DNA of 64,000 bases from Myxococcales bacterium (GTDB lineage: Bacteria > Myxococcota_A > Polyangia > Polyangiales > DASUME01). Numbering within the stretch: position 1 is the stretch's first letter; each line of letters opens with the position of its first letter. Location: NCBI GenBank assembly GCA_047601445.1, contig JASGJH010000001.1, positions 192,001 through 256,000 of the forward strand, in the 5' to 3' direction. The notes beneath the pieces are model-generated. The model saw only the letters and a program-made list of their open reading frames with translations. It did not search any database and was not told where the DNA came from. The position numbers and the translations under genes were made by a program. Positions 62,819 to 64,000 of this stretch are shown here, piece by piece.

Positions 62819-63343
62819 TCAGTAACACCCCTGCGAGCAGATCGCCTCTTCGCGAGCGCACAGCAATCGACAGTCCGGGGAATCGGGCGGACAGTTGGCC
62901 TGGCAGTGCTGCTGGTACTCCTTGCAGACCGTGTGACAGCCATGGGGCACGGCGGAGACCCCGGCGTCCTCGGCGTGCATCGTGGTGGCCACCTCGGCCC
63001 CGACGTGGGCGCTGCGGAGGCGCATATGGCTGCTCACGGAGGGGTCCGTGGGCGGGCTGCTGGGGCCCGTCGAAATGCCGGGCAGCTTGAGCGTCTGGTC
63101 GCCGGCCTGGATGGCCTCCACGCGTCGCATGGCGTAGTCGATGCGATGGGCAGGTTGGTGCCGGGTGTAATCCGCCAACCATGCATTCCAGCAGGCCTCA
63201 CGCTCCATGGGGGTCACTGCGGCATTGAACTCGGCCCCGTAACAGTGCTCGAAGTACACGTTGCCATCGTGCACCATGCGATGACTGGGTGCGCAGGCCC
63301 AGGCCATGGTGCAGCCTAGAAGTACAGAGATGGACCGGGCCAT
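62819..63343 (-). CDS. Hypothetical Cys-rich lipoprotein
   Basis: Lipobox-like AWAC; YFEHCY; C-terminal Cys-rich helical segment. Confidence 0.65.
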   Translation of the reverse strand: MARSISVLLGCTMAWACAPSHRMVHDGNVYFEHCYGAEFNAAVTPMEREACWNAWLADYTRHQPAHRIDYAMRRVEAIQAGDQTLKLPGISTGPSSPPTDPSVSSHMRLRSAHVGAEVATTMHAEDAGVSAVPHGCHTVCKEYQQHCQANCPPDSPDCRLLCAREEAICSQGCY

Positions 63344-63983
63344 GTCTCAAGACGCTAGCACTCCAGCCAGCACCGCAGCTACGCGGAACGCCGACTCGAT
63401 CTCGCCGAGTAGCGAGCGCGAGCCGGCGTTGGGGCAAGGGGCGTTGGTGCTGCCTGGTCTGGGCGAGCTCTGGTTGGCGTGGAGCGCGAAGGGCCTGTTG
63501 ATGCTCTCGCTGCCTGGCCGCATGCCCGGCGAAATCGAGGCCGCCATGGTGGATCGCGAGATCCTGCCGCCTCCTCTGGCCGATGTCCCGAGCGCGTACG
63601 CGGATCCGCTGCGCGCCTACGCCGAAGGGGCCGCGGTCGATCCCGCGAGTCTGCCCGTGGACCTGCGCGGTACGGCGTTCCAACTGAAGGTTTGGCAGGC
63701 CCTGCGCAAGATCCCGCGGGGAGGCGTCCGCAGCTACGCGGGCATCGCCGCGGACATCGGTGCCCCGCGTGCGATGCGTGCGGTGGGGGCTGCGAATGCG
63801 GCCAATCCGATCGCCATCGTGGTGCCCTGCCATCGAGTCGTAGGGACAGGGCTAGGGCTGGGCGGCTATTCGGGCGGGCTCCCCATGAAGCGCCGCCTGC
63901 TCACGCTCGAAGGCGTGCGCGTGGATGCGGGCAAGGTCATTCCTGGTCAGCTCGAGCTGTGGGACCGCCTGGCCGACGACTGA
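63342..63983 (+). CDS. ogt: Methylated-DNA-protein-cysteine methyltransferase
   Basis: GTAFQLKVW, RAVGAAN and VPCHRV active site; start uncertain. Confidence 0.92.
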   Translation: MSQDASTPASTAATRNADSISPSSEREPALGQGALVLPGLGELWLAWSAKGLLMLSLPGRMPGEIEAAMVDREILPPPLADVPSAYADPLRAYAEGAAVDPASLPVDLRGTAFQLKVWQALRKIPRGGVRSYAGIAADIGAPRAMRAVGAANAANPIAIVVPCHRVVGTGLGLGGYSGGLPMKRRLLTLEGVRVDAGKVIPGQLELWDRLADD

Positions 63984-64000
63984 GCTGCTACATGGCATGC

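Overview
GC-rich bacterial chromosomal segment. Gene content (SWIM-SNF2, FHA-GGDEF, Cys-rich lipoproteins, DksA) suggests a myxobacterium (inference). Left third: helicase tail, RlmI/K-type methyltransferase, SWIM-SNF2 ATPase, a bimodular NRPS (C-A[Cys-like]-T-C-A[Gly]-T-TE), and an aryl-polyene (APE)-type type II PKS cluster split into two convergent operons (13178-21196 +, 21210-27557 -). That cluster lacks the usual lipid-anchoring acyl/glycosyltransferases but carries a flavin halogenase-like gene coupled to an apparent bacterial homologue of eukaryotic METTL9/DREV histidine methyltransferase. Middle: Cys-rich/hypothetical genes; argD preceded by an unannotated Arg-rich leader ORF with promoter, antiterminator and terminator (candidate ribosome-mediated arginine attenuator); dksA; a MoxR-DUF58-VWA operon; moeA; an MltD-like gene. 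Right: three adjacent cyclic-dinucleotide enzymes, a GT-C-like protein, YqgE, two lipoproteins, ffh, polA broken by three +1 frameshifts, a GT21 glycosyltransferase and ogt. No rRNA, tRNA, CRISPR array or transposase was recognised. All family calls are from motif recognition by eye, not database searches.
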